A stretch of 64,000 nucleotides of DNA from Guillardia theta CCMP2712. Taxonomy: Eukaryota; Protista; Cryptophyta. How positions within the stretch are numbered: position 1 is the stretch's first letter; each line of letters begins with the position of its first letter. The position numbers and the translations under genes were made by a program. The stretch covers positions 52,407-116,406 of the forward strand of contig NW_005434605.1 of assembly GCF_000315625.1 (NCBI RefSeq), read 5' to 3'. Shown in pieces: positions 10,633-21,844 of the stretch. The notes beneath the pieces were generated by a model. The model ran no database searches. It was given only the letters and a program-made list of their open reading frames with translations, and had not been told where the DNA came from.

Positions 10633-13250
10633 TCAACCCATGGTTCCTACCGCATGCAAGTTCTTTCTCCCGTTGTCTCTCTCGCCATCAAATACATGAA
10701 CCTCCCACGCCAGGCCTAGCAGCTGCAGAACCTTCTTCGTGTACGTCGACCGTTGGAAAGCTCTCGAGCTCAACCTCAGCCCCTGCATCCTGCGTCGGAA
10801 GGACCTCCTAAGAGATCCCGAGCGGACGAAGGCCCGAGCGACCTGCGCGTACTCTTGCCAGCTTCTGACTACGAGCGTTCCCTCCACTCCGAGAGAAGTG
10901 AGGAAAGACGCAGGGACCTGGCAGTCCGTTAGGTCAACTCGCCTCCACAGCAACGCGTGCGAGTACACGGGAGGTGAGGCGAGGGCCTGCTCGGGTAACG
11001 ACCGGCACACCAGCCCACAGACAGTCCACAGCGACCTACGTCAGCAAGTCGTCAGCCCGTTGTCATCGCTCCACAGCTCGTGGTACAGTGTGAGTGGAGT
11101 AGTGCCTCGGGTCTAGTAGAAGGGCTCCACAGGACAGCCCTGGCAGCCAGTCAGTCTCAACCATGCCTGTAGTAGGAACAGACGCGTCATGTAGTGACGG
11201 CTAGAGGAGGCCCATGTCACGAAGAGGACCCTTGAAGGGCTCACACCTTAAGCAGAGTCAGAGGAGGAGACGGAGCAGACAGGAAGCCACCATGTAGCCG
11301 CAAGTAGGCATTGATCGATGCGTTGAATGCAGCAAAGTATGGCCCAACTTGAACTACCAGAATCACCTTTGGGTTTTCTTTGGCCTGATACAGACAGTGT
11401 CATGCTGGGTCTCGGACATTACGAAAAGTTTTCCATCTGTGCCCATATTCTAAATATTGTACTGTACGACAATGTCAAGGAACTTTTGGTAAGAACGGAT
11501 CAAACGTACGGATCAAGCTTGTAATACTCGTACAGTCCGAGGATCGCAACGGCATCCTTGCTCCATTCGCAGGCATCCTTGTAGAAGAGACATGAGTATT
11601 CAAGTTCGTTGCTGCGGAGTTTTGACATCACCGGTTCCTCGGTCCAGTTGTATGCAAAGTCATAATTGAAGAAGTGGCTGTTCGGGAAGAATGAAGGCTG
11701 TCAAAATGCACGTGAGAACCGAAACATCACTCCCATGGCATTCAGACCGTTGTGAGCAGTAGTGAGTCCGGCTGCAGGGCAGCAAGCTCCGGAGGAAGGG
11801 CAACGCGATCGGCAAGTAGGTAATCGATGGGCCCTCCACCCGAGGTAGAATGCACGTCCCGTGAAACCTGTACCGGAGCTGGTCTGCTCAAGATTCAATG
11901 GGAGAGAGGGACGAAAGGGAAGGATGATACCTGAATGCCATAGTCTCCAAGGTCAGGGACTGTCTGCCCTCAGGGATCCAACCCATGAAGTCCTGTGCTC
12001 ATTTCAAATGTTCTCACTCTCTCTCACCCCATTCTCATGCAATACCATCAAAATATTGATCTCCTCCGAGTTGATTCGAGAAGCAGCCTCAAACTCATTG
12101 AGCAACTCGAGTCCAACAACACGCGCGATAGCATGAAGGCCCTGAGCTGAGCTCAGATTGTTTTGAATGTAATACAGGGGCAAACCTTGTAACCAGCATT
12201 CGGCACATCTTGAGGGGCCAAGGATATTGAGGGAGAGACTTCCCAACTGAAGAGTGTGAATGAAAAGCGGGAGGCCTGTTGTCCAGCAAGAGATACTGGA
12301 GAAGTAAGGAAATCACGCAGCAATCCTGACTCAAGGCCAGAAATTTTGTGGACTACTAGTCCAACTCTGATCAGATTGTTTTGTGATGCCGAGAATTTGA
12401 AGACTTGAGCTGGAAATTTGACTTGATTCTGCTTTACCAGGCTGTTGATGCGCAGGCGAGCGATCTCAACCACGTGTTCATGTTCAAGTGGGAAAACTGT
12501 GGCCTCCCATGGTTGCACGATACTGTAGCATACGCCCTGATCAGCAGTCGACGTATTCTCCTGAGATCTCTGACGTTTGCATTTCCTCACATCAGACTCA
12601 ACGGCAGCTGTCAACAGCGAGCTCATAACGTCCCAGCTGAACCAATTTGAGCACGTGTACTGTCCTATTCGCCAGCACTCAACGATAGCTCGAGCTGCAC
12701 TCTGTCCGTGGCAAGCGATGTTTCCACCCGCGTCTCTCTTGCAGGCAAGTTGAATGTAGACGTCGAAGAGCCGGAGAGCTGCTGACAACTCCATGCCTTG
12801 ACCGATCCGATCGCGAGCAGCGATGTAGTTCAACAGAAGCTCAGGGGCGTCGCAGTGAGGAACGGAACCCCCGGTCGTCAGGAACCGGAGGCACTCCGAA
12901 TGCCCAAGAGCGAGACTTGCGCTGACATAGGCCATGTAATGAGATTCGACGTGGCTGAGAGCGACGCTCATGTCCTGAAAGAGTTTGTAATGCTTGCAAC
13001 CGCATCTCTCCACCAGCTTCAGGAGGGCAGCGCTTTCACGATACCGCTGCTGACCAAGTAACAGGACTGCTTCACGATACCAGGTCGAAGAGCTCTCTGA
13101 TACACAGCCTTCCCCCTCAAGCTTCCCATCGCTCCTCACCCGAAAGTTATAGAGGGGCGGCTTCTCTAATTTCGCCTCGACGTCGGAGTTCACGTGGACC
13201 AGCACCATGAGCAGCAAGCCGATTACAAACTTGACTTTGCCACATCCCAT
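10633..13250 (-). CDS. GT41 family (O-GlcNAc transferase/SPINDLY-like) glycosyltransferase with N-terminal signal peptide, multi-exon
   Basis: Spliced C-terminus reads LLDPRHYSTHT|VAVDCLWAGVPVVTRAGPRLTSR|VPASFLTSLG...SWQEY, resembling the OGT C-terminal catalytic lobe. Also QYTCSNW, IRVGLV, AASRINSEEINIL. Leader VKFVIGLLLMVLVHVNS. Internal exon borders are approximate. Confidence 0.78.
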
Positions 13251-13518
13251 GTCGAGGTTGAAGTCCCATCAATGGCTTCTTCTAGCCTGCTCTCCGTCCT
13301 CTCGTCGAAGTATCATGTCGCTTCGCTCACATTGTAGCCCTCCTCCCGCTGTCCCTCGCCCACCCCTGTCCTCCCAGCACGATCCGCATTTCCTCCCGAC
13401 AAACTTGTACCCACCCCCGTGTTTGTTGACGAAAAACCACCCACCTGGGAATAATCGAAACAGATCGGCATAATTGTACCCCTCCTACATGACTTGACCC
13501 ACCTCAGTGAATCACTCT

Positions 13519-14561
13519 ATGGCAGCCTGTCCTAGCAGAATTGGCGGGAGAAAATGCGCAAGACGTGGAGTGGGAGGGAGGGAGAGCGAAGGTGGGTAGA
13601 GAGAGGGAGGGTACAATGGAGTGAACGAGCGATCAAGGGTGAGAAGAGGGGAGGAGGAAGAAGAGCTGGGAGGGGGTCAACTAGCCTGCAGAGCAGGTGT
13701 CAATGAGTTGAGCATGGGGGTGGGCGATACCAGCTGATGTGTGCGTTGGTTCTCTAGGAAAGATGGGAAGGTGGCTGACAGGACGAGCGTTATTGCGGCG
13801 ACAGCAAGCGACAAGATGCTCGAGAAGGAATCTTGCTCTTCTGCTCAAGTCCATGAACAAGGCCGACCGCAAGGCCCTGGATAGGTTGAGCCAGCACAAC
13901 TGGGCTGGGCTGCGGGAGAGGTGCAACAGGAAGCTGCAAGGGACAGGGAGGAAGGCATTCAGCATGAAGCAAGTGCGATCCATGGTGACCGATTACCGCC
14001 AACATGTTAAAAGGATGTATTCACAAATGATTTCAGGTGCTGGATGCGTCTACTACTCCCCACTTGCGACCCGTCAAGGCCAAGACCTCCAGGACAAGGA
14101 GCCATGGAGGCGGTTCAAAGGAGGATGCCCTCCATCCCTCCCCGTCCACAGGCAGGGCTCCTGACGGTGCTCGCCAAGGAGGGTGGGACCCCTCCGTGTC
14201 CCTTGAATCGCTCAGGGTTCTGCAGCAAAGGTTTGCCAGCGAGAGGAATTGGGATCAGCACCACTTGCCCAGAAGCCTCGCACTCGCACTCGTCGGGGAG
14301 GTAGGGGAGCTCTGTGAATGTTTCCAGTGGAAGAGAGACTGCGGGGCCAACCCTGGCCTGCCGTCGTGGAGTGCGGAAGAAAGAGTTCATGTCGGAGAGG
14401 AGATGTCAGACGTCCTGCTGTACCTCATCAGGTTGGCTGATCGATGCGAAGTTGATCTCTCCACAGCAGTGCTGGCCAAGATCGAAAAGAATGGCAAGAA
14501 ATATCCGGCTTCTCTGGTCAAAGGCTCCAGCGCCAAGTACACCGCGTACCAAAAAGATTGA
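13519..14561 (+). CDS. DCTPP1: dCTP pyrophosphatase 1 (MazG-like) with basic N-terminal extension; start uncertain
   Basis: FASERNWDQHHLPRSLALALVGEVGELCECFQW...EEMSDVLLYLIRLADRCEVDL...KNGKKYP...KGSSAKY. Intron 13973-14036 joins the 13739 frame to the 14037 frame. Confidence 0.85.
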
Positions 14562-14638
14562 TTGAGAGCCAGCGCGTCCTTCTGCCTTGTATAAAGTTCC
14601 TGAAGCCCGATCATCCTCTGTGCCTGCTGGATGGGTAA

Positions 14639-16098
14639 TCAGAGTTCTCTAAATTCTGAGTCGCTGTACACCGAGTCCATCTTTGCTACAAGTGAGTTTC
14701 CATCGCTTGAGATTGAAAGGTCAATGTTGTTGAAACTGACGGATTCTGGGTTTTGACACTCAGACATGAGTGCGTTTTCGATGATGGTGGAGATATCGTG
14801 ATCGATGTGTGTCTCGACTCCTCTTCCTCCATCAGACACGCACGTTGCATCCGACCAGCAATGTTTCGCGATCCATCGTGGTACCTGAGAGACAAGTCAG
14901 CGGCAAATATGTACCATCGGTGTCTTCACCTCCTTGGCCCATGTGAGCTTCCCGATCCACGATCCCTTATACTCGATAGCAAGCTTTTCTCCGAGTCTCT
15001 TCAGCTCTTTGACCGCCACGCTGGCAAAGTCTTCCTCCGTGAGTGGGAGGAAGGGCACGATATTCTGTAACAGCGCGCGCTTCTTGGATAAGAGGAACTT
15101 CTTGTCCGCGTCCTCTTGCACCGCCTGCTTTGCTTGCTCCCTGTCCATGTAAGGGTTCAACTTGGTGCTGCCAATGTCTGAGATGACGATGACAACGCAC
15201 AAACTCGTATTGACAGGAGCAGGGTGAGGATGGAAGAAGAGTGGGGGGCCGGACCCGTCGAAAATCTCGATGATAGAATCCAAGAGTTGTTCGGAGATGC
15301 TCTGAATCTCGTCGAAGATCAAGACTGACCTTGGGCAGTGAGACAGCTGTTCACCAACCTTGCGCCTTATGTCCTGCTCGTACTTCTCGAGATGAAAGGG
15401 GTTTCGAGAAGAGTACGCTCTCATCTGAAGGATAAACTTCCCGCACAAACGATTGTCAGCATTGTGCCGGTTGAACATGGAGCTTGCGACTATGTCTGCT
15501 GTCAATGACTTCCCGACTCCCGTTGGCCCAGAAAAGTGCATGAAGAGCGGTCGAGCCTTCAGTGCTTGAGGGTTTTCGTACGCCACCAAGAAAGTGGAAA
15601 GCATGTTCTGCCAAGGTAAGGTGAGGTATACACTGAGGGATCAAGCACTCTACCACATAGTAGGGATTCCAATTCTCTTTCGAGTAGTTCGAATGCTTTT
15701 GGATGTTTCGTGACAGCGCCTTGTGAATCGCTCTGCCTGCCAGGGACTGAACGACGGATGGTCAAAAGATCTCTATAACATGGCGGGAAATGCTGGAAGA
15801 AAGAGGAGGGAGGAAGAGAACCTGTCCGAATATCTTGCTCTGGAACAAGTTATCCCAAATGGCCATCGGATCCTCGTTGATCGGGCATTCGATCTCCTGT
15901 AACGGGCGATCAAGGCAGGGCTGGGAAGGGGGGCAGTGCAGGAGGTTGAAATAGAGAAGGTAGAAGAGGGGATGAGAAGAAGGACGCGGAGGGCAAGGGA
16001 CAGACCATCGGGTTCCATGTGCTGCAGTAGGAGGGGATGGAGGGGAGAGCACATGCCGAGCATGCGAGGGCGGCGGCCAACATCACCGCCCTTGCCAT
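14639..16098 (-). CDS. Torsin-like ER-lumenal AAA+ ATPase, multi-exon
   Basis: Signal peptide MARAVMLAAALACSACA; FQSKIFGQ; Walker A MHFSGPTGVGKS; Walker B CPRSVLIFDEIQ; IVPFLPLT; C-terminus ...SEFREL*. Confidence 0.85.
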
Positions 16099-16274
16099 GC
16101 TGAGAACGTAGTCTAGGGTGGACATGCTTGACTATAGAACTTGTAGCGGATGGGTGACTAAAACATACATGGTACACAATTCGTGTTGATAGAAAAATTA
16201 GTATACGAAAAGTCAAACTTTTTTCCAAGACATTGACTACAAAACTTTAGCTCGTATATTTCAAGGCTTTGCAA

Positions 16275-16660
16275 ACCCGCCGGGGCCGCCGATTGAGTGA
16301 ATCGTACAAGTCAAGTTGGCCGGGCCGCGCCAGCGGCCGCGGCCGCCCGCCGGGGCGGCGGCGGGCCGGGCGGGCGGGCCCCGGTGACTGTCCGGCAGAG
16401 AGCCCGGCCGCGGCCCGGGGGCTGGGTCCCGGCCGATCATCGGATCGAAGACGGTCCCGGCGAGGAACTTCGGAAACGGTTGACCGCGGCAGCCTCGGCC
16501 CGGACTGTACGGTACGGTCACTGAGTGGCACCGTCCGATCCGATGGTCCGCCGTCGGAAGTTAGTCACCGTCGCATGGCGGCCAGTGAATTCAGTACGCC
16601 AGTCACTGGCAGTTCAGCTCGGGCCAGCCGATCCATCCATGACTGATGATCCGGGACCCT
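16275..16660. repeat. GC/CpG-rich palindromic intergenic island, copy A
   Basis: Very GC-rich; shares CTGAGTGGCACCG, CACCGTCCGATC and GGAACTTCGGAA with the islands at 18.8-19.3 kb and 21.5-21.8 kb. Confidence 0.65.
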
Positions 16661-16695
16661 TTGAAAGTTCCCAGCTAGTCAGTGAGCCGTCTCAA

Positions 16696-18736
16696 TCATC
16701 TGCCCCTTGCTGCTCCCGACTCTGATGCCTCCTCTTGGAAGTTTCCGTTGTTTGAGCGGACGAAACGCTGCACGGAGGTCTCGGACGCTCCATTGATGGC
16801 GATGAAGGTTGTTTTCACGACACGAACCTGAAGGGTACAAGAGGATCATGATTAGGATCGGCAGACAAGGAGGGCAGGAAGTCAGGCAAGAACAAAACTG
16901 CGTTACCTCCCTTCCATTCTCAACAAGATTTTCTGTCTCGACTCTTTCAAGACCGCCTCCAACGCGGCGTGTTGTCATTTGTTTTCCTTTGATTAGTCAG
17001 CATCAGGTGTAGCGGAATGTAGGCAGGTGGACCTTGGTCCAAGGGAGCATGGAACTGTGCCGTTCGTGCCCTCCCTCCGAATCTCGGGTTCCTGGTTGCT
17101 GCGACCTGCCATCCCATGCCAAACCTGCGGGCCCTGTCATGCCGGGGCCGGAGAAGCCACCAGCAGACCTGTTCGGTCGCAACTGCTGTATATCCCCCCT
17201 CCATTTCTGCTTGTAGCGACTCATCTTTCGACCCCAGACTGGATCCCATTCTGAGAAAATCGTGTCCTGCGTCAGGTGTCAATCTCCGCTCCTCTCTTCT
17301 TGCTCTCTCCTACCAGATCGTCTTCCCCAAACATGTCCTTCCATACTTCCTCTGGAGTTCGCTGAACCTTCACCTCGGTAGCTGGGCCTCTGAAGCAAAG
17401 GAATCAACGGGAGGAAGTAAGGAGACGACTCTCTACCTCATGTCGTATCCTTCCCGAGACGTCGAGTTTCCAAGAATCTCAAATGCTTCAGCTATCCTCT
17501 TGAATCTGAACATGCAGACTCATCATAGATCATGGCAAAGATAATAGAAACCTGATTTCGGCTGCTTCACGATCTTTCATATTTTTGTCAGGATGATGCT
17601 TCAGTGCTGAAGGAAACCGTCATGAGGAGCATGAAACAGAGAAGTGTATGATGCCTGCTCTCCGATATGCTTTTCTGATCTCTTTGTCGCTTGCTGTGCG
17701 ATCAACTCCCAAGACCTGTTTATTCCAAGGTTCAATGTTCACGTTCACCATCGTCACACGTGTTTACGTCGTAATAATCTTCAGCCATTGGATTGCATTC
17801 GCGGGGAAGTTCTTCCTCCTCTTTACGCGAGCCATGAGCTGATTCCGGCAAATCTTCTTCCTCGCTTGAACTTGTTTCCACACCAGAGCTTTCGTTCCCA
17901 GCAGCTCCACTTGCTTCCGCCATGACCACGACATCGAGCCTCTCTTCTCCTTTACTGCAGGGTCCAGGAGGAGGCATGGGCCGGCTCGTCGTTCGCGGGT
18001 TGACCTCTGGGACTGGAGCTTGTAAGCGAAGATGGTTTGCATGTTTGGCGCTAAGAATAGCCTCAAGCCAACTGGAAAGGGCATCATGCTCCACAAAGGA
18101 GGAACGAAAGGCCATGTACCCGTTTCGTTCGTTGGGAGAGCTAAACAGAAAGAAGGATACAACGTCTCCGCGAAGATCTTTGACCTCGAGGCAGCATCTT
18201 TGAACTTTCTTGTTGGACGGTGAAACTTCAGTCTGAGCATGGAAAATCATTCACTGCCGTCAGGAGTGCAAGTGGTACTGTCTCCAATGGCCACGAGTCT
18301 TCAACACTTCCTCCAGCTCGAACGTAGCATTTTAAAGAGTCGCTGCTCAGAACGAGAGTTCTGGGCAACACAATGAGCTTCGATCATACATGGAAAAGAT
18401 CACCTTTCGCTCCATGGTCGCAGTCCCTTCCATCCCTCCTGCTGCTTTCGAGCACACCCTTCTATTGGGATAAATGAGCTATGTCCTTTATCCAAGACCA
18501 CAACATCTTGTTTCTTTGTTCTATAGTATCTCCTTTCCTCCTCTCCCTCTTCTCTCTCCCTCCTCTCCTCCTCTCCTCTCCCTCTTCTCTCTCCCTCCTC
18601 TCCTCCTCTCCTCTCCCTCTTCTCTCTCCCTCCTCTCCTCCTCTCCTCTCCCTCTTCTCTCTCCCTCCTCTCCTCCTCTCCTCTCCCTCTCCTCTTTTCC
18701 CCTTCCTCCGACTCTGTTCTCACCTCGCAAGATCAT
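16696..18736 (-). CDS. PH domain - J domain (DNAJB6-like Hsp40) fusion protein, multi-exon
   Basis: Spliced N-terminus MILREGCARKQQEGWKGLRPWSERTLVLSSDSLKCY...DALSSWLEAIL (PH-like), acidic linker, then MAEDYYD|VLGVDRTASDKEIRKAYRRA|ALKHHPDKN...FKRIAEAFEIL...REGYD and RTPEEVWKDMFG. Confidence 0.8.
18530..18700. repeat. Intronic CT-rich tandem repeat (about 30-35 bp degenerate unit)
   Basis: CTCTCCCTCTTCTCTCTCCCTCCTCTCCTC-like unit repeated 4-5 times in intron 1 of the PH-DnaJ gene. Confidence 0.85.
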
Positions 18737-18792
18737 TCCGCCATCACCATCTGCCCCACGATTTACTCAAAGTTAAGTAATAAATTTACTCC

Positions 18793-19320
18793 CTCGGGCC
18801 CCGGCGCCGGGCCCGCCCGGGGTGTGACAGTGCGGCGGCGGCGGGAGGCAGCCCACGGAGGCAGCCTGAGTGCTTACTCACCGTCCGATCACGGTCAGTG
18901 AGCCCAGCCGCTGCTACGGAGCCGTCCGGTGCCGGGAGCGCCGGCGGGTGGCTTCATGCCGGGCCCGGACACGCGGCGGCACTCAGCAGCTCGGCTGAGT
19001 GGCACCGCCACCGTCACGCCGGTGTGACATCGAGTCGGCCGACCGTGCCGTGCGTACGGTCCGACGGTCCGATCACGGGGTGACCGTCACCGGCGGGCGG
19101 GCACGCGGCCGAGTCTCAGCCGCGCCGACCCGTGACTGCCGGCCACTGAGTGGCCGCGGGCGGCCGTCCCAACTGGCAAGTGCCGGGCGCGCGCCCGGGC
19201 CGCGGCCGCGCCCTGGCAGCCCGGCCGGGCCGTCGGGGCCACGGTGATCGGACCGTACTGCCACCGACCGCCCAGCCGCGGCCCGGCCGCCGGGCCCCGG
19301 CCGCCCGGCCGCTCGGAACT
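18793..19320. repeat. GC/CpG-rich palindromic intergenic island, copy B
   Basis: Perfect 13-bp inverted repeat 19064-19076 / 19244-19256; internal hairpins GGTGACCGTCACC and GGCCACTGAGTGGCC. Confidence 0.7.
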
Positions 19321-20120
19321 CGAAACCGGTTGAAGTTTCAAATTTTCCATTGTTTTACAGGTCCTCACCCACCCCCATGGAGTCTCAAATTCGGTAACAA
19401 GGAGGGGTGCTCGAATTTGGTTGTGTCTCATCAATCCGACTGTAAAACAAGCAGAAAACAAGAGGTCCTTCTATTGCTGAGTTATAGGATTGCAATATTT
19501 TTGGAGAATTTTATGTATAATTCTTAATAATTATATATAATATTGGATTGCCTTTGGCCAGAATATACCGCAAACTTCATATCCTATTCTTTCATCAGTA
19601 AAAAATTGGTGGAAGGCAGAGAGGCCGGCCTCCATGGCGGGAACAAGAGACCGCAGGGTGAGAAGAAGGGATGGCAAAGTAGAGATGTGTGGTGTGCACA
19701 CAACCTTCAATGTGACAAAATGTCTTGTGCATGGATGAGAGAAGTTTGGGAATCAACGACGAAGAGATTGAGCTCGTTGTTGTGCATTGAGCAGTCCTAG
19801 AACCTGTGCAGTTGGGCGTCGCAACGGAGCGAAATCACATTTTTGGAGAAGCGTTTTTCAACTATCTAAATCATAAGGACTGAAACGTAAGAAGAAGCAT
19901 GACAACAGGGGTGTGCTGTGTCCATGATAGGCTGAGGTGAGGGCAAGGAAGACTTGGGGTCAAAATGGTAGCTTGACGAAACATCTCATTACACGGCCCC
20001 TGTGAAGGGCCGAGCATTCAGCTTGATATTCTTCTTGTGTAAATTTGTTACATTCAACGGTCAAAGGCAATTTGCAGAACTAAAGGGAGGGAGAATACTG
20101 ACTGTCAGAGCGCATTGAAA

Positions 20121-21440
20121 ATGGCGGATCAGTCAAACCGGAAGGAGAAAGGCTCTAAATCAGCAGGGAAGAAAGTAGAAAAGAAGACTTCGATTGGGGT
20201 CGTGCATGTATCGATTGTTATAGCTGTCCTTCTAGCCTTCAACGGTGTGTACATGAAGCAAAGAGCGGACTCCTTGATCGCCGAATGTGCCAAACACCAC
20301 GAAGAAGGCGATATGGTGACCGCCCTGCAACTCTGCAGGAATGCGCATTCGCTGTACATGGCCTTGAACGACTACACCAAGTATGCCGGGTGGAAGGATG
20401 GCTTCTTCATAGCAGACGTCATACAGTCACTGGTGATCTATCTCTATCTATCTACGCTGCCGTCACTGACTTGGGTTGGCATGCAGGACAACATTGGGGT
20501 GGTGATGATGAACCTGGGGGATCACGCAGCATCTTTGCAGTATCACGTCCGTGCTCTGCGATTGACAGTCGGAAAGTTTGGAGAGAAGCATGTGAATGTA
20601 GCGGCAGTGCAAGACAAGATCGGGCTTGTCTACCGTGACATGAACGACCTTGAAAATGCCCTCAAGTGGCACGAGCGAGCTTTTCAGATGCGAAATGAGA
20701 TCCTTGGAGAGAGAGACTTGGGGACAGCGACGTCAAAAAGTGCGATTGCTGACGTTTACTTCCAACAAGGAGACTTTGACAAGGCTCTCAGCTTGTACAC
20801 GGAAGTTCTCGAGATTCAGGTGAAGCCTCGTTGTGGCATCGTCGATTCTTTCTGATTCGATCCCATTGAAGGAACAAGTTTTGAGCCATGACCATTTGGA
20901 CGTGGCAGCAACTCTTCACAACATTGCGATCGTCCTGAAGAACAAAGACCTTGATGCAAGCTGGGAGAAGTTTGAGAAGAGTCTGGGGATCATCGTGGGG
21001 GTCTATGGATACAACCATCGAAGTGTCTCAGACACTTTGAGCAGTATGGCCACCATCAGATTTGCGCAGAAGAACTGGGAATCGGCGCTTGACACCTTCC
21101 AGCAGGTAAGTTGCCCGTTAGAAACGTGTCAGGAAACGATCTTGACTCTGTGCCAGTCTCTGGACATAGCGAATAACGTCCTTGGGAAAGAACACCCCGA
21201 TGTCGCGTCTACCTTGTACGGCATGGGAGCCACATACGCGAAGTTGGGCAGGAGCGAGGAGGCGGAGGAAAAATATAGGACGGTAAGAGGAGGCGGTGGA
21301 CGATCTTATGAACTTAGAAAACCTCATTTCTGTCGATGCAGGCGAAGGAGATTTGGGAGATGAATGGAGTGAATTGGAAAGAAGGAATTCAACACCTTGT
21401 ATCACCCGAAATTCTTGAAACTGAAGAGCAGGGAACATAA
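20121..21440 (+). CDS. Membrane-anchored TPR protein (kinesin-light-chain/nephrocystin-3 type 42-aa repeats), multi-exon
   Basis: TM VVHVSIVIAVLLAFNGVYM. Repeats GEKHVNVAAVQDKIGLVY, GERDLGTATSKSAIADVY, SHDHLDVAATLHNIAIVL, GKEHPDVASTLYGMGATY. Last exon ends EEQGT* (TAA 21438-21440). Confidence 0.85.
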
Positions 21441-21514
21441 ACAATGCCCTCTGTCCCAGCCTGTGTCCGACTCGCCGACACTGTGACACGTGAACTTGCC
21501 GCTAACTGTTCAAC

Positions 21515-21775
21515 GGTTCCGAAGTTCGTAGCGCCCGGGGAGGCCCGGCTGGCACCGGTCACTGCTGGGGTTGTGACGCCGGGCTCAAGTCACCGGAGTC
21601 AGAGTCACTGAGTCGATGTATGGAACTTCGGAAGTTGTCTCCGCCGTTGATCTGATTGGCCGCGATCAGCCGCCCGCCGTTGGCGGGCTCGGGGCTGGCG
21701 CCACGGGCTTCCGCCGGTCACTGAAACCGTGAACGTGACCGGCCGCCAGACGGTCGGTCTTTACAACTGAGTCGT
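21515..21775. repeat. GC-rich intergenic island, copy C
   Basis: GGAACTTCGGAAGTT at 21622, its reverse complement TTCCGAAGTTC near 21517, GTCACTGAGT, CCGCCCGCCGTTGGCGGGC. Confidence 0.55.
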
Positions 21776-21844
21776 GAGATTGATCACCCCAGAAGTTCCT
21801 CTGAGATTCTATAAAAGTTCATGGTCGCATGCTCCTCCCTAAAA

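Noticed and set aside
16247-19527. Arg/Pro/Gly-rich ORFs over the GC islands; possible rRNA or MITE identity
   Set aside because: Stop-poor GC-rich DNA with no domain signal, no conserved rRNA motifs, and no clear terminal inverted repeats with target-site duplication.
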